Virus record (IMG/VR): IMGVR_UViG_3300044716_000122
Coordinates: 1-64,000 of that record
DNA: 64,000 nt
Strand: one strand, 5' to 3'
Origin: a virus
Lineage: Duplodnaviria; Caudoviricetes
Positions 47,505 to 57,820 of the stretch are shown here, piece after piece. The notes beneath the pieces were generated by a model. The model was not told the DNA's origin. It saw only the letters and a list, made by a program, of their open reading frames with translations, and made no database searches. Every line of letters begins with the position of its first letter. Position 1 is the first letter of the stretch. The position numbers and the translations under genes are program-made.

Positions 47505-48077
47505 TTAGCATTTCCAGCGTTTACGTGCTTGACGTATTCTGCTGTTAGGATCATTCTGTGTAGCCTGTGAAGACTGACGTAACTGACCTAATGAACGAGC
47601 ACAGTAAGATTTTCTACGACCAGCTGCTTTACTTCCTGCTTTAACCTTACCTGTAACTGCTGTACTTAGTTTAGATCCAGGGTTAGCTCTACGATAAGCC
47701 ATAACTCCTTTTTGAGTCATACCTGCTCCTGACTTAGTAGGACGATAGTTTGCTCCTGGTCCTTTAGTAGTCTTAGCAATAGTTCCCCCTTTAGCCATAT
47801 AAGCTGCTTTAAGTCTACCACCAGCCATAAACTTGTATCCGTACTTAGAAGCATCTTGTCTAGCCTCAGATACATTTCCTTTATTAGCTGCTACGAATCT
47901 TGCCTTAGCAACTGCTGTAGGCATCTTACCACCATCAGCCATTTCACGTTTAATCTTACGTTCTTGTTTAAGCATCTCTGGAGTAGGCTTCTTTCCAGAA
48001 CCTCTCTTTGCACGGATGTTATCCCACAAACCTCGTTGTGAATAAGACCCATCTTTACGTTTTATCATCTGTTTCAT
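47505..48077 (-). CDS. basic virion core protein (DUF6321-like C-terminus)
   Basis: GLWDNIRAKR...; MADGG, MAGG, MAKGG; C-terminal RRKSYCARS...DPNSRIRQARKRWKC. Confidence 0.7.
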   Translation of the reverse strand: MKQMIKRKDGSYSQRGLWDNIRAKRGSGKKPTPEMLKQERKIKREMADGGKMPTAVAKARFVAANKGNVSEARQDASKYGYKFMAGGRLKAAYMAKGGTIAKTTKGPGANYRPTKSGAGMTQKGVMAYRRANPGSKLSTAVTGKVKAGSKAAGRRKSYCARSLGQLRQSSQATQNDPNSRIRQARKRWKC

Positions 48078-50002
48078 TTTTTTACTTTTGATTTAGCTAG
48101 GAAAGAAGATAAGTCATACTTTACCTTTTCTCTATTGAATTGTTTAGATAGTTGGTTAGCCAACTTTAATCTATTTGATTTACTTTCTACTCTACGAAGG
48201 ATACTAGCTATTCCGTCAACCATTTCTTTATCATCAGAGTGATCTACTTTACCTCCATTCTTTTGTTTCATATAAACAGGTTTACCTGAAGCATCTTTCT
48301 TATAATAGAATCTATCATAAAAGTCGTAAGGTTTTCTATTGCTTCCGTAAACCACTTTATCCATTAAAGGCATATTAAAATCATAAGTGTCATACATAGA
48401 CACATAATCACCTTTCTCATCAGTTCCTTGAGATAGTTTAAATTGTTGTACAGGATCAGTTTCACTAAAAGGTAAGTCCTCAGAGTTTAAAGCTGGATTA
48501 GAAACAAAAGGAGCCAAAGACTTCATTCGTACACTTTTTCCAGGTTTCCCTTTAGTTTTATCCATGTAAGCATTAATTAACTTCTGTGGATCATACACAT
48601 TATTTAAAGAATAGTATTCTGTATTAGGATCTTCCGAGTTACTAGGTTTGTACTTAGAAGGAGTTAAGTACTTAGACTTAGTAGGTAAACCTAAAGCTGT
48701 TCTCCATGCTTCTTCTCCTATTGAATAATCTCCTTCTTGATCCCTACTTGGAGAAGCACTGTTTCCGAATAAGCCACCTATTGCTTCAGGAATACTTGGA
48801 TAAGATACTGGACGGTAGTTATTAAACATAGCTTCTTTACTAACGTCTCCTACTTTTTGAGCAACTCTATTTACTCCTTTTGCTGTAGTAGCTACACCTG
48901 CTGCAAGTTGGGGATTGTTTCCTACTATTTTAGAAAACATATTTCCAAAGAAGTTAGATACTTTAGAAGCAGAGTTTGCAAGAGTATTCATCTCTCTATC
49001 TGCAGTAGTACCTCTTTTGGTGTATTCTTTACTTCCTACTCTTGTGTTAGCCTTAATATATACAGGTTGCATCCTGTCAGGAGAACTAGGCGTAGAAGTT
49101 TCTGGACCAGATGTAACTCCTCCATTAGGCATCTGACGTTTTTGAGAGTTTACCATGCCATCCTTAGCTTTACGCAGTCTTCCACCATCTTTTAATTGAT
49201 TAATATCTACACCTTGATATGGTATATCACTAACAGAGCCATACTTCTGCAAAGCCTTAGCTTTGTTTTCATTTGACATATAGTTAAACTGTTGAATAAC
49301 AGGTTTATTATAGCCAATCTTTTTTACAGGGGGTTCTATTGGAGTAACTGGTAAAGGAGTTTGTACTACATCAGGAATAATTTCTGGTTTATTATAAATA
49401 GGTTGTGATACCTTAGTTAATATTGATTTTTTAGATGGTGTTGGTTTTGTGTTTACTTTATAATATATAGGTGCTACAGGTTTTTTAAATCTAGCATACC
49501 CAATAAACATATCATCTCCACTCCTGTTATTCAAATGACTTCCAGGAACTATTTCATTATTTTTAAAGTTTACTTTATAATCTTGTCTATCATTACCAAA
49601 AATTTTTTCTGTTAATGTTAATGGTTTTTGAATATAACTTTCATAAGAGTTTTGATAAGGATTCATCAAATAACCATTAGGGCCACGATAAGCATCCAAC
49701 TTTGTAAGAGATACAGTGTCACTTTTTATATTATAATTTTTTCTAAAGTCTGCATTTTTAGGACTTCTAGCACTATCCATAATTTTTTTAATAGATCTAT
49801 ATCTATCTTCACCATAATTATAGGCACTCATACTATCATTAAATTTTAATAGTCTAGGATCTCTTGGATTTGATGTATATCTCGAAGGTAATGTTCCACC
49901 ATTAGGCATCTTACGCTTCTTAGAATTCTTATACGCACCCTTAAGTCTTGAACCTGAGGGTGCATTAGAAATTATAGAACCATTTACTTCTGGAATAAAC
50001 AT
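48074..50002 (-). CDS. modular basic cargo protein
   Basis: 642 aa with segments delimited by MPNGG, LKDGG, MPNGG and QKNGG. Confidence 0.65.
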   Translation of the reverse strand: MFIPEVNGSIISNAPSGSRLKGAYKNSKKRKMPNGGTLPSRYTSNPRDPRLLKFNDSMSAYNYGEDRYRSIKKIMDSARSPKNADFRKNYNIKSDTVSLTKLDAYRGPNGYLMNPYQNSYESYIQKPLTLTEKIFGNDRQDYKVNFKNNEIVPGSHLNNRSGDDMFIGYARFKKPVAPIYYKVNTKPTPSKKSILTKVSQPIYNKPEIIPDVVQTPLPVTPIEPPVKKIGYNKPVIQQFNYMSNENKAKALQKYGSVSDIPYQGVDINQLKDGGRLRKAKDGMVNSQKRQMPNGGVTSGPETSTPSSPDRMQPVYIKANTRVGSKEYTKRGTTADREMNTLANSASKVSNFFGNMFSKIVGNNPQLAAGVATTAKGVNRVAQKVGDVSKEAMFNNYRPVSYPSIPEAIGGLFGNSASPSRDQEGDYSIGEEAWRTALGLPTKSKYLTPSKYKPSNSEDPNTEYYSLNNVYDPQKLINAYMDKTKGKPGKSVRMKSLAPFVSNPALNSEDLPFSETDPVQQFKLSQGTDEKGDYVSMYDTYDFNMPLMDKVVYGSNRKPYDFYDRFYYKKDASGKPVYMKQKNGGKVDHSDDKEMVDGIASILRRVESKSNRLKLANQLSKQFNREKVKYDLSSFLAKSKVKK

Positions 50003-50011
50003 TACTTTTTA

Positions 50012-50524
50012 TTATAATTTTTTTCTAACTATTTTTTTAGGATATGCTACTGAATCTTTAGTAATATTATACCTTTGATTAAATTCTTCTTGAGTCACCA
50101 TCTGCATGTCACGTTTACTAACATTATAGTTTGGTCCTTTTTTCTTATTAAAAGCAACCTCCGAAACAAATTCTTGGTTCTCAGGATTCTTTACATTATC
50201 CTTCCATCTTACTACAAGTGTAGGTTTAGGTTTAGGTTGAGAATTAGGACTAGGCTTTTGAGAATTTAACATACCATCTTCTCCCTTACGCATTCCTGAA
50301 AGAGTTTTAGCTAAGTTAGCTCTCTTAACAGTAGTAGAAGAGTAAGCACCTTTATTGCTAAGTACTTTATTACGGAATGCAGGTACAGACATACCAGCCT
50401 TCTTAGCTTGGGCAGTAAAAGATCCTGGCTTCTTGATAGCACCTTTGATCCAATTACCCCCTGATTTCATTTTCTTACCACCGCATTCCATGCAGCCCAT
50501 GTAAGAGTCTTTTAGACGACCCAT
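50012..50524 (-). CDS. basic virion core protein
   Basis: NWIKGAIKKPGSFTAQAKKAG...KRANLAKTL motif; MECGG and MKSGG. Confidence 0.7.
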   Translation of the reverse strand: MGRLKDSYMGCMECGGKKMKSGGNWIKGAIKKPGSFTAQAKKAGMSVPAFRNKVLSNKGAYSSTTVKRANLAKTLSGMRKGEDGMLNSQKPSPNSQPKPKPTLVVRWKDNVKNPENQEFVSEVAFNKKKGPNYNVSKRDMQMVTQEEFNQRYNITKDSVAYPKKIVRKKL

Positions 50525-50534
50525 ATATTTTATT

Positions 50535-50930
50535 TTAAGTTAGTGTTAGTAAGTAAAGAGTCTCAGTAATAAGACCAATAATCTCATCAATGATATTTTG
50601 AATGTGAGTGTTCTCCATACCCAATACTCCTCTGTGTTTGAAGACGTAATCTTTCATGTAGGTTAAGTGAGTCTTAGAGTTCATGTATTCAGATGCAGGG
50701 ATCTTAATGTTAAGACGTTTTCCTACAGTACCAAAGTATGATTCAGTAAGAGAATCAATAAGGTCAAGAATTCCATCATAATAAGAATTCAAAGCTTTGT
50801 GTTCTGAAAACGAAGTACTTTGAAGGTGAGTCAAGTGCATTATATCACGTGACTGAAACAATTGGCCGATAAAGATCTCAGGCTTAATTGTTGTGAATAA
50901 TTCTTTTTCTTTCATGTTGAAGTTGCTCAT
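50535..50930 (-). CDS. ferritin/Dps-like four-helix protein (DUF5856-like)
   Basis: H.THLQ.TSFSEHKAL..YYD.I.DLID.L.E.Y.G...NIIDEI...YLLTL. Confidence 0.75.
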   Translation of the reverse strand: MSNFNMKEKELFTTIKPEIFIGQLFQSRDIMHLTHLQSTSFSEHKALNSYYDGILDLIDSLTESYFGTVGKRLNIKIPASEYMNSKTHLTYMKDYVFKHRGVLGMENTHIQNIIDEIIGLITETLYLLTLT

Positions 50931-53900
50931 GGATTGGTTTGGGTTATTTGTATAGTATTGATAAACTTAAATCTAGAGTAAGCATCTTGTATAAGTCTTA
51001 CTTTAGCAAAGTCTGATTTAATTTTATTCTTCTGATAGGAAACAGAAGTAGGTCTTACACTCTTAGTGTTTGGAACCTTATCAATTGGATACTGAGTTAC
51101 TAGATCTCCCCACTGAGTAGACCAAAGTGGTTGTCCATTTCCTTGTGCTGCAACGTTCCAAAATCCATTAAAGGTATAAAGCTGTTCTCTGCGAGAGATA
51201 AGAGCTTCTATGCCCGTTGCTGTCATTCTAGGATAGGTTATCTTCTGTCTTGTGTTACCGAACTCTTCAGGAATCAATTTAATAATACCAGAAGACTGTT
51301 CTTTGTTATAGATAATCGCCTTAGTAAAGTTTGCTAAGTTCTTTTTATTTGCAGTAGACAAAGAGTAGTACTCGTAATCAGAGTAGTATTCTTGGATGTC
51401 TTGCATCAAAGTAACAGAGTTAACCGTAGATACCTGAGGGAATGAGTTTGCATTATATTCTAGTATGTAAGGATACAAAGTTCCGTAGTAAGTCTGGTAA
51501 GTAAATATAGACAAGTTATGATTCCAAGTAGTAGCACCTGCACTTGTATTAATAATAGTTTGGAAATGTCCTAACAAAGGAATAAAGAAGTTAGGAAGGA
51601 AAGAATAGAAAGAAATAAAGTTCTTAAGCTTAGGAGAGTATGCAACTGTCCAAGACTTATTCTCGAAGTAAGTTGAATTAGTTAACTGAACTTCTGTAAA
51701 GATAGCCCCATCTTGGTAATAAAATTTACGATCCTCGAAAGTTACTGTACCAGTAAGATCTTTTCTTACTCTGTAATCTAACTTAGTGATAAATACTCTT
51801 TCATATCTTTCATCCCAGCCCATTACAATACCTAATCCTGCTTGTGGAGTATCTATATCTACAGTAGGGAAGTCTTTAATTATTTGGAAAGGAAGATTGT
51901 TCTTAAACCAGTTAAAGTTATTCTCTGTTTTAATTTCATTAAATCCTTCTCCTGTGATCTGATAGATATGACCACGCTTAGCATCTACCCAGAATGTTCC
52001 ATACTCACACTTAACATAAGCTCTGTGTTGAGTTCCTATGTAACCTAGATCTGTCTTAGAAAGATCTACAGGCTTTTGTTTAAACATCTCTGCATTACCA
52101 ATCTCTAACTGATAAGGAGAAGTAGTGCTTAGAGTAATACGAGAGTTGTATACTTTAGTTGTATTCTCAAACCTAGCATATACTCTTTCGTTCTCTCCTG
52201 AGTTTAGATCTATTAAGCGACCTCCTTGCTTAGGAAAGTCATAGAAGTTTCCTGGACGGAATACTCTCCAAGCATCTGAAAGATAGTTAGAAGCATTGGC
52301 AGGGTCTGAATAGATTACTCTGTTTTGATGATAAGCCAAACATCCTAGTTCAGGATACTTTAATCTATAAGGAAGGTTAGGACTTAAGTTCTGTGCAGAG
52401 TAAGTAGCGTTGTAACTATAGAAATTGTCATACTTAATAGGTACGTTTACTTCATGCAACCAATCATCTGGAATACCTTCTCCTACATTAGGATAGAAGT
52501 TTTCTTCTAAGTCGTTTCTTCCATGACGTAAGTCTACATTAATATCAGACTCTACATAGAATATAGGTATACCGTAAGAAGCTGTATAGAAATAACCTTC
52601 ATGGGTAAGAGCTAGGTTAGGATTTCTTGCATCTAAATTTGTCTTAGGCAGGAAGTCATTAAATACAGAAGCAATGGTAGCAGCTAAAGCCTGATCTGCC
52701 AATATATCAAGAGCGATAGCAGGTACTGTAGCTCCAGGAATTAATTTACCAAGTGCAGCTAAAAGTTTAGGAGCAAATGCTACTACTAAAGCTCCTGTTA
52801 AAGTGCCAACTATATCTCCTGTAGTAATAGGTTCAGAACTGTTTCCTACATAGTAAGTAGGATATCCAAGATTCGGGAATAACCAATAGTCAAAAGGAAC
52901 ATTATCTACCTTAGCAGGAAGATTAGCCAAGTTACGGGTGAAGAAAGAATGTTTACGCTTTAGTGCAAACTTATTAATGTAAGTATCTCCTCCAAATGCA
53001 GGATAATACTTTCTTTCAAGAGTATATACCCCACTAGAGTTTAAATAAAACTTAGCTGAGTACCCAGTAGAAACATATTTAATGTTTTCTATAGCACCAT
53101 ATTGATTAGGAAAGTTTCTTTTAATAGAAGCATAGTACGCTCGTGTATTAGACTCTACTTCTTGTAAAGGATTGTCTTCCAGGTTTGCTTGCTTTATTGT
53201 AAAACGAGTAGTATCTTTAGATAAAGTAGGATTATGAATTGGAAAAGATCCACTTGTTTTTAAATAAACAGAAGTCTCCCTTAGTCTATTGTGAAGGGGA
53301 GCATCATCATTTAACTCTACAATTTTATCATTAGCGTAAAGTCCTATATCTAAGAATCTTCTTTTATTGCCTGCATTAGGAATAGATTCGTACCGACTAT
53401 ATTTACCTACTGAATTGTATTGGTAAGCCATGTTTTTATTAGGAACAATCTTTTCTAAAAGATCTCTCATAATACTCATATTACTGAGCATGCTTGTAAT
53501 ATCACTACGAGAAGTAACTGTGTTTCCTCCATCTAATAATGTAACTTTTGTTTGAGATTCAATTACAGTAGCTAATGCTCCTGCTATAATTCCAATTAAA
53601 CTATTTGCTGTACTATCTAAAAGCCTATACTGAGGATGATCTAGTACAGGAACAAAGTGGCCCTTTACTTTACCATACTCTAAAGTTTCTAGTTTAAGTT
53701 CTGTTCCAATCTTAGGAAGTTGGAAGTGTGTATCAGGAGAATGAAATATATACCTAGATCCAATAGTGTTGAATCCCTCATGCAACTGCATTCCAAAATC
53801 AGAATCATCAATTCCTCTATCTCCTTTATTATACCAGTCTGGAGTAGATTTAATATAAGCATCAGGACCTAAATCATTGTAAGGATAGTTAGGATAGTAA

Positions 53901-55795
53901 AACTTTTTATTTGATTTAACATCTTTAAAAGTTCCTACATCATAAACAAGCCCCTTAGCTATGACTGATTTATTGTTTACACGATTACCTCTTACTAGCT
54001 CATAGCCACAGATTAATCCTTTAACAGGAATTAAGTTATTGCCTTGGGTGTTTAAAGGATCTTGAATAGAAGCAGTTTGTAATAATGCTTCTAGTTGAGT
54101 TTCATTAATACGTACTCCTATAGGATAGATTAAATCTTTATCATCTGCATGAATGTGATTTACAGCACTATCAGGAAACTTGTGGAATCTAATAGGCAGT
54201 CCTGCTAAGCTTCCCCATACTGATTCGTAACAAGGATAAGTTTCTGTAGACTCCCAATAAGCAAACTTTCCAGATTTACTTGATACAATCTTACAACTAT
54301 ACTGTTCTTCTTGTTTAGTAGGCGTATTAGTAGGGGGAACATATCCACTATCTGCTGTATTATATACTTCCCACTTAAAAGGATCTCTTCCAATAATGCA
54401 ATCATTTTCTATTACAAACGAATCATTGTTTGTTGATTTCGGAATAGTACTATTTTCTCCTGCAGCAGGATCAATTATTCTTCCAGGTATATGAAATACA
54501 TCTGTATACTTTCCGTTCTGTAGTCTAAACTTAATACCAAAAGGATAAACTTCATCTCTTTGGTATGTACGGAAGAAATAAGCAATCTCTGGGTTAGAGT
54601 AATCAAACTTATTATCTACAGGCATCTCTACAGTTTCCCACCTTAACTCAATCTCATTGGCTAGGAGTTGGAAGTTATACTTAGGAGTCTCTGTAAGATC
54701 TGCAAGCATTAGAATATCAGTTTGCTTCTCAATGATTCCTGCATTACTATAATGAGGGCTTCTAATTAAGGGAACAATAGATGAGAATGTAGAAGAGTAG
54801 TCTCCTGAGTAAGTTAAAGAATCTTTGTTTGTAGAAAGATTTACTCTATACGTACCTACCAGATGGTATGTAGTTACTTCATTTATGTTTTCAGCTACTA
54901 CTAAGTTAAAGTAATCAAACAAAGTAGTACTATGTTCTATAGCAACTCTGATAGATTTAGAAGTCTCGTATTCAGTTTGCTCTGTAATAGCACGTTCAAA
55001 GATTGGAAGAGGGTTACAGAAATCAATATAGTCTGTAAGTTCTTTTCCATTCTCATCTGAATAAGCAATTGAAAAAGAGTATACACCTCCCTTGAGTCTT
55101 CCTCCTGAATCTACTGAAGTCGGATAAATAACTGCTTGGCAAAAGTCTGGAAATAATTTTAGTCTGTCACAAGCTGTAGCCAAGTCAGGAATAGGAACCC
55201 CACACTGATCATTACCAAAAGGTTCTTCTAACCAGAAGTACTTAGGAGTAATGTTCTTACCAATAAAGTAAACTTTAGTTTTACAATCATCAATACGATA
55301 CTCTGCAAATACAGGATAGTCTGGACTAAGTCCTAAACAACACTTACCATTAGGGCAAGTATCATTCATAATAATATTAAAGCTACAACAATTTACACTA
55401 TCTCCTGCTCCTTCTCCGTAGTATGCTTCTACAGTACTTGATACAACTGTTCCAGAAATACAACCACAATCTGTTTCTGATTTAACTAATTGATTACAAT
55501 CTTTGCTGAGGTTTATAACCTCACCTATCATAGACCTCCCATCAGGATGAGCTAGGAATACAAGTAACTTAGATTGTTCTGTAATATTTAAAACTCCGAC
55601 AATCTTAAACCCAGGGAATGTAGAAGTAAAGTCAACACAGACTTGATTGGAGGGCTCATTAGTATATGTAGTTGAATTACCATCGTGAGATTGAATGTTT
55701 GCGTTTAAAGCAAACGTAATCATATTCTCCTTTATCTGGTAGTTAACTGAATCTAAATTTAACCCAGCAATGTTCTGATTGATTTTATTCTCCAT
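50927..55795 (-). CDS. tail stabilization / muzzle protein (crAss Tstab)
   Basis: 1622 aa; GLNLDS...FALNANI N-terminus; YQRDEVYPFGI, FGGDTYIN, GTQH, SWTVAYS...FISFYSF; follows the tail tubular gene. Confidence 0.85.
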   Translation of the reverse strand: MENKINQNIAGLNLDSVNYQIKENMITFALNANIQSHDGNSTTYTNEPSNQVCVDFTSTFPGFKIVGVLNITEQSKLLVFLAHPDGRSMIGEVINLSKDCNQLVKSETDCGCISGTVVSSTVEAYYGEGAGDSVNCCSFNIIMNDTCPNGKCCLGLSPDYPVFAEYRIDDCKTKVYFIGKNITPKYFWLEEPFGNDQCGVPIPDLATACDRLKLFPDFCQAVIYPTSVDSGGRLKGGVYSFSIAYSDENGKELTDYIDFCNPLPIFERAITEQTEYETSKSIRVAIEHSTTLFDYFNLVVAENINEVTTYHLVGTYRVNLSTNKDSLTYSGDYSSTFSSIVPLIRSPHYSNAGIIEKQTDILMLADLTETPKYNFQLLANEIELRWETVEMPVDNKFDYSNPEIAYFFRTYQRDEVYPFGIKFRLQNGKYTDVFHIPGRIIDPAAGENSTIPKSTNNDSFVIENDCIIGRDPFKWEVYNTADSGYVPPTNTPTKQEEQYSCKIVSSKSGKFAYWESTETYPCYESVWGSLAGLPIRFHKFPDSAVNHIHADDKDLIYPIGVRINETQLEALLQTASIQDPLNTQGNNLIPVKGLICGYELVRGNRVNNKSVIAKGLVYDVGTFKDVKSNKKFYYPNYPYNDLGPDAYIKSTPDWYNKGDRGIDDSDFGMQLHEGFNTIGSRYIFHSPDTHFQLPKIGTELKLETLEYGKVKGHFVPVLDHPQYRLLDSTANSLIGIIAGALATVIESQTKVTLLDGGNTVTSRSDITSMLSNMSIMRDLLEKIVPNKNMAYQYNSVGKYSRYESIPNAGNKRRFLDIGLYANDKIVELNDDAPLHNRLRETSVYLKTSGSFPIHNPTLSKDTTRFTIKQANLEDNPLQEVESNTRAYYASIKRNFPNQYGAIENIKYVSTGYSAKFYLNSSGVYTLERKYYPAFGGDTYINKFALKRKHSFFTRNLANLPAKVDNVPFDYWLFPNLGYPTYYVGNSSEPITTGDIVGTLTGALVVAFAPKLLAALGKLIPGATVPAIALDILADQALAATIASVFNDFLPKTNLDARNPNLALTHEGYFYTASYGIPIFYVESDINVDLRHGRNDLEENFYPNVGEGIPDDWLHEVNVPIKYDNFYSYNATYSAQNLSPNLPYRLKYPELGCLAYHQNRVIYSDPANASNYLSDAWRVFRPGNFYDFPKQGGRLIDLNSGENERVYARFENTTKVYNSRITLSTTSPYQLEIGNAEMFKQKPVDLSKTDLGYIGTQHRAYVKCEYGTFWVDAKRGHIYQITGEGFNEIKTENNFNWFKNNLPFQIIKDFPTVDIDTPQAGLGIVMGWDERYERVFITKLDYRVRKDLTGTVTFEDRKFYYQDGAIFTEVQLTNSTYFENKSWTVAYSPKLKNFISFYSFLPNFFIPLLGHFQTIINTSAGATTWNHNLSIFTYQTYYGTLYPYILEYNANSFPQVSTVNSVTLMQDIQEYYSDYEYYSLSTANKKNLANFTKAIIYNKEQSSGIIKLIPEEFGNTRQKITYPRMTATGIEALISRREQLYTFNGFWNVAAQGNGQPLWSTQWGDLVTQYPIDKVPNTKSVRPTSVSYQKNKIKSDFAKVRLIQDAYSRFKFINTIQITQTNP

Positions 55796-55800
55796 TAAGT

Positions 55801-56637
55801 TTATTGGATATGAAATTTAATAAAGCGATTACGCATCTTAGCTACGTTATCTGCCATCTGTTGTTTGGTGTAAGTTAACAAATAACCATTAGCTGCTTGC
55901 AATTTATTAAGTTGATCTTGTCTATAGTACTGAAACTTAGCCTCTACCTGACGTTGACTCTCGTCTACTACTGAATGCCAAAGTTGTTCAAAAAACTTAA
56001 ACTTAAGATAAGACTTGATATACTCTTCCACTTCAAGAATTTCTGGAACCATAGGTAAGTTATCATCGTCCATTGGACGTGAGAAATATCTAACGTATAT
56101 GCAACCAGTTTCAAACGTAGATGTGACAGTTTTATTAGGATGAATTTGAATAACATCATTTGAAGAAGTACTAAGGTTAGGACAGTCCTCTACACAAAGT
56201 GCTTTAGATCCATAGTAAACTTTAATCCAAGTAGGTTGCTTCATTGTGATTTTAAAGCCAGGAGTAGAAACAGATACTGTTTCATACATCTCTTCTTTAA
56301 GTCCGCAGTCTGTACAACCGTTAGTACATTGAATAGACTTATACCAACTACCTCTAACAGAGTTTACTCCTTGAGACCAGAAGATCTCAGAGTCATAGTG
56401 TATAGCATAGTCTAGTAGTCCAAAGTCGCAAGGAAGTTCTGACTTGTAGTTGTGAAAAGACAAAACCAATTCTTCTGGTTTCAAGACCATTACCCTAAGC
56501 TTACGAAGTGACTGATCTATGTAAGTAGGAATCATCACTTCACTTATTGCACCTGCCTCAAAGTACGACTTTAACTCTTGCTTTACTTCCGCAATTAAAG
56601 GCTCTGATGAAATAAAGTTAGTGTTATCGTAATTCAT
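55801..56637 (-). CDS. tail tubular / ring protein (crAss Ttub)
   Basis: 278 aa; TFETG.IYVRY...DDDNLPMVPE; lies between the IHF-like and muzzle genes. Confidence 0.75.
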   Translation of the reverse strand: MNYDNTNFISSEPLIAEVKQELKSYFEAGAISEVMIPTYIDQSLRKLRVMVLKPEELVLSFHNYKSELPCDFGLLDYAIHYDSEIFWSQGVNSVRGSWYKSIQCTNGCTDCGLKEEMYETVSVSTPGFKITMKQPTWIKVYYGSKALCVEDCPNLSTSSNDVIQIHPNKTVTSTFETGCIYVRYFSRPMDDDNLPMVPEILEVEEYIKSYLKFKFFEQLWHSVVDESQRQVEAKFQYYRQDQLNKLQAANGYLLTYTKQQMADNVAKMRNRFIKFHIQ

Positions 56638-56648
56638 GTTTTTATATT

Positions 56649-57140
56649 TTAAGACTGTATGTCTATTTTGTTTTCTCTTATAGCTTGCGCTAGTACTGAT
56701 TTGTGTTTGTTAGACACTCTTAAATCGTAGAAGCCAAACTGTACTACCCTCTTATAGTAAGGATACAAGTGAAACTTATAGATGGCACCATTGGTATGTG
56801 TGTTTCTATAAGGCACTTTGACACCAGTTTCGTGGTAGAGTTTCCAGTTAATAATCGTATGTTTACCTTTTGCAATTGCATTTTCTGTTTTTACAACTTT
56901 AATGGAACCTAAGTTTGGAAATCTAATAGCGTATCTACCACGTAACAATCTTTCCATAAGCTTTAAGTGAATCTTTTTAGGGATGCCACAGAATTCTCTA
57001 TAGGTGATATCTTTACGTTTGGTTTCTTTTAAGAACATTTCGTAAGCAGCAAGAGCAGTGTAGTTAGTATCTGACGCTGTATCTTTCTCTTTTTGTCTTA
57101 CTGTGGATTGCTGGTTTTTTCGTATGAAGTCTCTCGACAT
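56649..57140 (-). CDS. IHF/HU-like DNA-binding protein
   Basis: Basic 163 aa; RFPNLGSIKV and INWK motifs; conserved crAss position. Confidence 0.65.
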   Translation of the reverse strand: MSRDFIRKNQQSTVRQKEKDTASDTNYTALAAYEMFLKETKRKDITYREFCGIPKKIHLKLMERLLRGRYAIRFPNLGSIKVVKTENAIAKGKHTIINWKLYHETGVKVPYRNTHTNGAIYKFHLYPYYKRVVQFGFYDLRVSNKHKSVLAQAIRENKIDIQS

Positions 57141-57142
57141 AA

Positions 57143-57784
57143 TTAGTTGGGTTCATCTCGGTTGTTATCTTCTAGGTCTTGAGGAATTCTTTGATAGTTC
57201 ATCAATGACTGAGTACACATTTCAATCAATGCGTCTGTTAGATAACCTGGAAATTTAAATTGTTTATCGTACATACTTAAACATTCTGTACCATCTATGT
57301 CTTCTATAGACTCAGTAAAGTAAGCGTACATATTAACACACTCTACATCAGGATCTAAAACATACAAATATCCATTACGAATGGTGTAGTATTTTTTAGG
57401 GGTCTTAAAGCGTAAGCGGGAGTGGTTGATAAAATCTCTAATAGTTGTAGGGAAAAGTTCTTCTGAGTTTGAAGTATTGAATACCCCCTGAATGAAATAT
57501 GAATATAAACCTTCATCTATGCTTGGTAGTTTGTTTTTAGTTCTGCGTACAGGACAACCTAAATCACACTCTGATCCTTTAGCTTCAATTAAATGTACAC
57601 ACTCGTAAGCTTGATAAACATTATCTGAAGTAAGCAACCTTCTTAAGTTGATCTCTCTACGTAGTAAAGTAGATGCTTTAGTTTTTAATAAACCATAAAT
57701 ATAACGATCACTAATTAAGTCATCGTCACTAACAAACTTGTTAGCACTCTTAACTCTACCGATCAATTCTGAATTTGTGTACAT
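57143..57784 (-). CDS. tail ring protein
   Basis: 213 aa; ISDRYI...RTKNKLP...YYTIRNGYLY...FP; synteny with crAss ring genes. Confidence 0.7.
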   Translation of the reverse strand: MYTNSELIGRVKSANKFVSDDDLISDRYIYGLLKTKASTLLRREINLRRLLTSDNVYQAYECVHLIEAKGSECDLGCPVRRTKNKLPSIDEGLYSYFIQGVFNTSNSEELFPTTIRDFINHSRLRFKTPKKYYTIRNGYLYVLDPDVECVNMYAYFTESIEDIDGTECLSMYDKQFKFPGYLTDALIEMCTQSLMNYQRIPQDLEDNNRDEPN

Positions 57785-57820
57785 CTCAGGATATAGTTTG
57801 GGTTAATTTAAGGTTCATTA

